From contig CANREX010000001.1 of assembly GCA_947629735.1 (NCBI GenBank), positions 1 to 30,002 of the forward strand: a stretch of DNA of 30,002 bases, read 5' to 3'. The notes under the pieces were generated by a model. It ran no database searches. It was not told the origin of the DNA and saw nothing but the letters and a program-made list of their open reading frames with translations. Made by a program: the position numbers and the translations under genes. Within the stretch, counting starts at the first letter, position 1, and each line of letters begins with the position of its first letter. This DNA comes from an uncultured Clostridia bacterium. GTDB taxonomy: Bacteria > Bacillota > Clostridia > Christensenellales > Borkfalkiaceae. This document shows, in pieces, positions 26,224 through 30,002 of the stretch.

Positions 26224-28035
26224 ATGTCGGAAAAGAGAAAAAAGCCCATATGCTCTTCCGTCGGCGGACAGGCGGTGATGGAAGGCGTGATGATGATGGG
26301 CAAAACTTCATATTGCGTCGCCGTGCGCGATCCGTACGGCGGAATAAGCGTGGAAAGGACGCGCATCAAAAAAGCGTCGATCTTTTCGCGCATACCTTTC
26401 GTGCGCGGGATAGTGAACATGGTCAAATCCCTCGGGCGGGGGCTCAAAGCGCTCATGCGCAGTTCGGAAGTCTTCGCGAGCGACGAGGAAGAGCCCGGCA
26501 GGGTGGAAAAGTGGTTTGCCGAAAAGTTCAACGCCTCTTTTATCCATATTCTGACGGTGTTCGCGGCGGTCCTCGGGGTAGTCCTCGCAATTGCGCTGTT
26601 CGTGTGGCTGCCCAATTTTTTGGTGGGGCTGCTCAAAGGTTGGTTTCCCTCGCTCGACGGCACGGTGTGGGAATATCTGATTTTGGGCGTGATAAAGCTG
26701 TTTATATTCCTCGCCTACCTCGGGCTTATCCTGCTGCTTAAAGACATAAAGCGAATGTACAGATATCACGGCGCGGAGCACAAGACGATAAACTGTTATG
26801 AAAAGGGACTTCCGCTTACCCCCGAAAACGTCGAGGGCTGTTCCCGCATACACGACAGGTGCGGCACTTCGTTTTTGTTCATAGTGCTCATCATCAATAT
26901 CGTGATAATAGGCGTCGTGAATTGGGCGCTCAAAGTGCACACGATAGAGCCGTCTTACTTGCAAGTTCTCGCCAAAATAGGCATAGAGATAGTGCTTTTA
27001 CCCGTGATAACGGGCGTTTCCTATGAAATTTTGAAGCTGCTCGCGCATTTCCACGGACCGATATCAAAGATATTCAAATCCCCCGGCATGCTGTTGCAGA
27101 AGGTGTTCACCACGCGCGAACCCGACAGGGAAATGATAGAAGTGGCGATAGCCGCGTTCAACGCCGCCATGGAGATGGACGCCGACCCCGCCCTGCCCGA
27201 AGTCAAGTTCAACACGGGCGGCACGCTCAAAAATATGCTCGCGGAGACGAAAAAGCAGTTTGCCGAAAAGGACATCGACGAGAGCGACGCGGAGTGGATA
27301 TATGCGCTCACCCTCGGCATAAACAGGAGCGATTTGGACAAGACGCGCATACTGAGACCCGACGAAACGCGCGCGATAGGCGAGCTCGTTGAAAAGCGGC
27401 TCACGGGCAGACCCCTTTGGTATATAATAGGCGACGTGGACTTCTACGGCTGCAAGATAAAGGTGGACGAGAGGGCGCTCATTCCCCGCCCCGAGACGGA
27501 GGAATTGACCGACCTTGTCGTGAAAATTTTGGAAGAGGGAGACAAGGTGCTCGACATGTGCACGGGCAGCGGCTGCATTGCGATAGCGCTCGCCAAGCGC
27601 TGCAAGGACAAAAAAGTGCAGGTGACGGCGGCTGACGTCTCGGACGCGGCCATAATGCTCGCAAAGGAGAACGCGAATTACAACTCCGCGGACGTCACGT
27701 TCGTGCAGAGCGATTTGTTCTCCAAGGTGCACGGCAGATTCAACGTAATAGTCTGCAATCCCCCCTATATAAAGACTTCGGAGATTGCCTCGTTGCAGAG
27801 CGAGGTGAAGAATTTCGAGCCGCGCATAGCCCTCGACGGCGGCGACGACGGCTTGGAGTTTTACAGGCGGCTCGCAAAAGAAGTTTCCCGCTATCTCGCG
27901 CGGGACGGCATGCTCGTGCTCGAAGTGGGCGAAGGGCAGGCGGAAGCCGTGCTCAAACTGTTTGAAAAGCGCGATTACGCCATGGTCTGCAAGGACATGA
28001 GGGGCGTAGACAGATTTTTGAAGATAGCGTTTTAA
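26224..28035 (+). CDS. prmC: Fusion: DUF1385 membrane domain + release-factor glutamine methyltransferase PrmC (HemK)
   Basis: N-half GGQAVMEGVMM, YHGAEHKTI, HDRCGTSF, TTREPD; C-half PLWYIIG..DFYG, LIPRPETEEL, DMCTGSGCIA, NPPY; one frame. Alternative TTG start at 26203. Confidence 0.88.
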   Translation: MSEKRKKPICSSVGGQAVMEGVMMMGKTSYCVAVRDPYGGISVERTRIKKASIFSRIPFVRGIVNMVKSLGRGLKALMRSSEVFASDEEEPGRVEKWFAEKFNASFIHILTVFAAVLGVVLAIALFVWLPNFLVGLLKGWFPSLDGTVWEYLILGVIKLFIFLAYLGLILLLKDIKRMYRYHGAEHKTINCYEKGLPLTPENVEGCSRIHDRCGTSFLFIVLIINIVIIGVVNWALKVHTIEPSYLQVLAKIGIEIVLLPVITGVSYEILKLLAHFHGPISKIFKSPGMLLQKVFTTREPDREMIEVAIAAFNAAMEMDADPALPEVKFNTGGTLKNMLAETKKQFAEKDIDESDAEWIYALTLGINRSDLDKTRILRPDETRAIGELVEKRLTGRPLWYIIGDVDFYGCKIKVDERALIPRPETEELTDLVVKILEEGDKVLDMCTGSGCIAIALAKRCKDKKVQVTAADVSDAAIMLAKENANYNSADVTFVQSDLFSKVHGRFNVIVCNPPYIKTSEIASLQSEVKNFEPRIALDGGDDGLEFYRRLAKEVSRYLARDGMLVLEVGEGQAEAVLKLFEKRDYAMVCKDMRGVDRFLKIAF

Positions 28036-28046
28036 CGCATGTGCTT

Positions 28047-28086
28047 TTTCCGCGCGGCAGGGCTGCCTTTCGCGCGGAAATATTTT
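28047..28086 (+). terminator. Hairpin between prmC and prfA (possible terminator or processing site)
   Basis: TTTCCGCGCG/CGCGCGGAAA 10-bp stem followed by TATTTT. Confidence 0.45.
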
Positions 28087-28217
28087 AAATTGTAAAGAAT
28101 TTGCCTAATTTATTGATAGAGCCGCGGTGACGTCAACCGAATTCGCGGCAAAAACTGCGGATATAGCCGCGGAGTTGTCCTTAAAAACAAGCGCGAATCT
28201 TTGCATGGTCGGTGGAT

Positions 28218-29288
28218 ATGAACGGTAAAATAGAGGAAATTTATTCAAGATATATAACGCTCACGGAGAAGCTGTCCGACGGGTCTTTGCCCGCGGGCGG
28301 CGCGGAGTGGACGCAAATCGCCAAGGAGCAGTCCGAACTCGCCCCCGCCGCGGCGGCGTACGAGCAATACCTCAAATGCGAGCGGGATATGCAGCAGGCG
28401 CAGGAAGCCTTGAAGAGCGAGGGCGACGCGCAGATGCGGGAACTTTTCGGCGAAGAGGTGTATTCCTGCAAGAAGAAGATGGCGGAGATAGCCGAAGAGA
28501 TTAAGGCGCTTTTACTGCCCAAGGACAAGAACGACGACAGGAACTGCATAATGGAGATACGCGGCGGCGCGGGCGGCGAGGAAGCGGCGCTCTTCGCCGC
28601 GGAACTCTACCGAATGTATCTGGGCTATTGCGAAAAGCACAGGCTAAGGGTGGAGGTCGTCGACGAAAACGACACCGAGCTCGGCGGGATAAAGGAGATA
28701 GTGTTCAACGTGACGGGAAAAGACGCGTACAAACAGCTCAAATTCGAGAGCGGCGTACACCGCGTACAGCGCGTGCCCGAGACCGAATCGCAAGGGCGGG
28801 TGCACACTTCCACGGCGACGGTCGCCGTCCTTCCCGAAGCCGAGGACGTGGACGTCGAGATACGCGACGAGGATATACGGGTGGACGTCTACCGCTCTTC
28901 GGGCGCGGGCGGGCAGAAGGTCAACAAGACCGAGACGGCGATAAGGATAACGCACATTCCGACGGGGATAGTCGTCACCTGTCAGGACGAGCGCAGCCAG
29001 CTGAAAAACAAGGACAAGGCGTTCAAGGTGCTGCGTTCCCGCCTGTACGATTATTACAGCGGGATAAAGACGAGCGAGCAGGACATGCGCCGCAAGTCGC
29101 TCGTGGGCAGGGGCGACAGATCGGAGCGCATACGCACCTACAATTTCCCGCAAGGTAGGGTGACCGACCACAGGATAGGCTTGTCGCTGTTCAATATAGA
29201 GGGCTTCATGGCGGGGGACATCGACGAGATGACGACCGCCCTCGCCGTTGCCGAGAGGGAGAGATTGCTCTCGGGCGGCGAAGATTGA
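28218..29288 (+). CDS. prfA: Peptide chain release factor 1
   Basis: EIRGGAGGEEAALFA, GVHRVQRVPETES.GRVHTS, GAGGQ, RIRTYNFPQGRVTDHRI; follows prmC. Confidence 0.97.
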   Translation: MNGKIEEIYSRYITLTEKLSDGSLPAGGAEWTQIAKEQSELAPAAAAYEQYLKCERDMQQAQEALKSEGDAQMRELFGEEVYSCKKKMAEIAEEIKALLLPKDKNDDRNCIMEIRGGAGGEEAALFAAELYRMYLGYCEKHRLRVEVVDENDTELGGIKEIVFNVTGKDAYKQLKFESGVHRVQRVPETESQGRVHTSTATVAVLPEAEDVDVEIRDEDIRVDVYRSSGAGGQKVNKTETAIRITHIPTGIVVTCQDERSQLKNKDKAFKVLRSRLYDYYSGIKTSEQDMRRKSLVGRGDRSERIRTYNFPQGRVTDHRIGLSLFNIEGFMAGDIDEMTTALAVAERERLLSGGED

Positions 29289-29371
29289 ATTTGATTTTGA
29301 GCGCGTTGACGTCAAAAAACAGTTAAAAATTGCGCGTCTCGGGCGGGGAAACGCCTAAATTTTTCCAAAAG

Positions 29372-29400
29372 TTGACATTTCGCGCGGGAAATAGTATAAT
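29372..29400 (+). promoter_or_regulatory. Consensus SigA promoter giving a probably leaderless regulator mRNA
   Basis: TTGACA-17 nt-TATAAT, 6 nt before the ATG at 29407. Confidence 0.8.
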
Positions 29401-29406
29401 GTGCCT

Positions 29407-29781
29407 ATGAAGAGAAATCAATCGGCGGAAGATTATCTGGAAACAATTCTGCTGCTTTCGCGGCAGTTGGACTACGTCCACCAGGTGGAAGTCGCGCGGG
29501 CTACGGGAGTATCCCAACCCGCCGTCCAGAAAGCGCTGAAAATTTTGGAAAGCAAGGGCTACGTCACCTGGGACGGGCTGCATATTTACCTCACCGAAGG
29601 CGGCAGAGACTACGCCGAGGAAGTGTATTGCAAACACTGCACTATCCGCCGCTTTCTTGAACTGCACGGTGTGAATTCTTCGGACGCGGACAACGACGCG
29701 TGCGAGATGGAACATGTGATTTCGCCTGCGAGTATGGAGATGATGAGGGAGTTTGTTGAGAAGAATAAAGGCGGCGAGTGA
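29407..29781 (+). CDS. DtxR/MntR-family metal-dependent transcriptional regulator
   Basis: SAEDYLETI, wHTH, LTEGG..YA..VY.KH, DACEMEH; 124 aa with no FeoA-like C-terminal domain. Confidence 0.9.
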   Translation: MKRNQSAEDYLETILLLSRQLDYVHQVEVARATGVSQPAVQKALKILESKGYVTWDGLHIYLTEGGRDYAEEVYCKHCTIRRFLELHGVNSSDADNDACEMEHVISPASMEMMREFVEKNKGGE

Positions 29782-29787
29782 GTGTAA

Positions 29788-29840
29788 GAGCAAAAGGGGC
29801 GCGGGCGGAGAGGTTTTCTCCGCCCGCGCCCCTTTTGCTC
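29788..29840. terminator. Bidirectional intrinsic terminator
   Basis: Perfect 24-bp inverted repeat GAGCAAAAGGGGCGCGGGCGGAGA/TCTCCGCCCGCGCCCCTTTTGCTC with a 5-nt loop. Confidence 0.8.
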
Positions 29841-30002
29841 GCTGCCGCTAAACGCAGATATGCGGCGCAAGACAAATTCACAAAATTCTCGCGCAGCCCG
29901 TGCGCTGTGAATTTTCGTGAGATTGAGGGCTACTCGCCCTCTGCCTGCGATTTTTAAGGGCGCGCGAAATATATAATCGCAGGCATTCACCTCGCCGAGG
30001 TG
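29841..30002. ncRNA. Dispersed structured element, copy 2 (runs to the window edge)
   Basis: Same block order and stems as 21472-21623. Confidence 0.55.

Noticed and set aside
28125-29315. TGACGTCA palindromes on both sides of prfA (~28128 and ~29307)
   Set aside because: An 8-bp palindrome can occur by chance; no further shared flanks or known operator.
29906-29940. GGGCGAGTAGCC on the minus strand, resembling the yybP-ykoY Mn riboswitch motif near the MntR-like gene
   Set aside because: Imperfect match, absent from copy 1, lacks the rest of the riboswitch, and is not upstream of a transporter in this window.

Overview
GC-rich clostridial (Clostridia-like Firmicute, inferred from gene order) chromosomal window. 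It is dominated by the complete S10-spc-alpha ribosomal superoperon on the + strand (rpsJ to rplQ, 3402-19872, including secY, adk, map, a KOW-domain gene, infA, rpmJ, rpsD and rpoA). A divergently transcribed EF-G paralogue (EF-G2 type) lies to the left. To the right are two paralogous small membrane-protein genes, a YfcE-like phosphoesterase, a Cof-type HAD hydrolase, cardiolipin synthase, a degenerate zinc-dehydrogenase-fold protein, rpmE, a DUF1385-PrmC fusion, prfA and a DtxR/MntR-family regulator. No tRNA, rRNA, CRISPR array or transposase was seen. The most unusual signals are mostly non-coding: (i) a dispersed ~150-160 bp structured element present twice (21472-21623 and 29841-30002) whose stems differ in sequence but keep pairing; (ii) REP-doublet (REPIN-like) clusters at 1-303 and 21832-22265; (iii) a phased array of DnaA-box-like motifs (409-593); (iv) a 22-bp tandem repeat between infA and rpmJ; (v) three genes with apparent leaderless or near-leaderless promoters. 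Coding oddities are the uncharacterised duplicated ~75-aa membrane proteins, the DUF1385-PrmC fusion, a probable MDR pseudo-enzyme, and EF-G2 with altered G3/G4 motifs. All family assignments come from motif recognition by eye; no searches were run.
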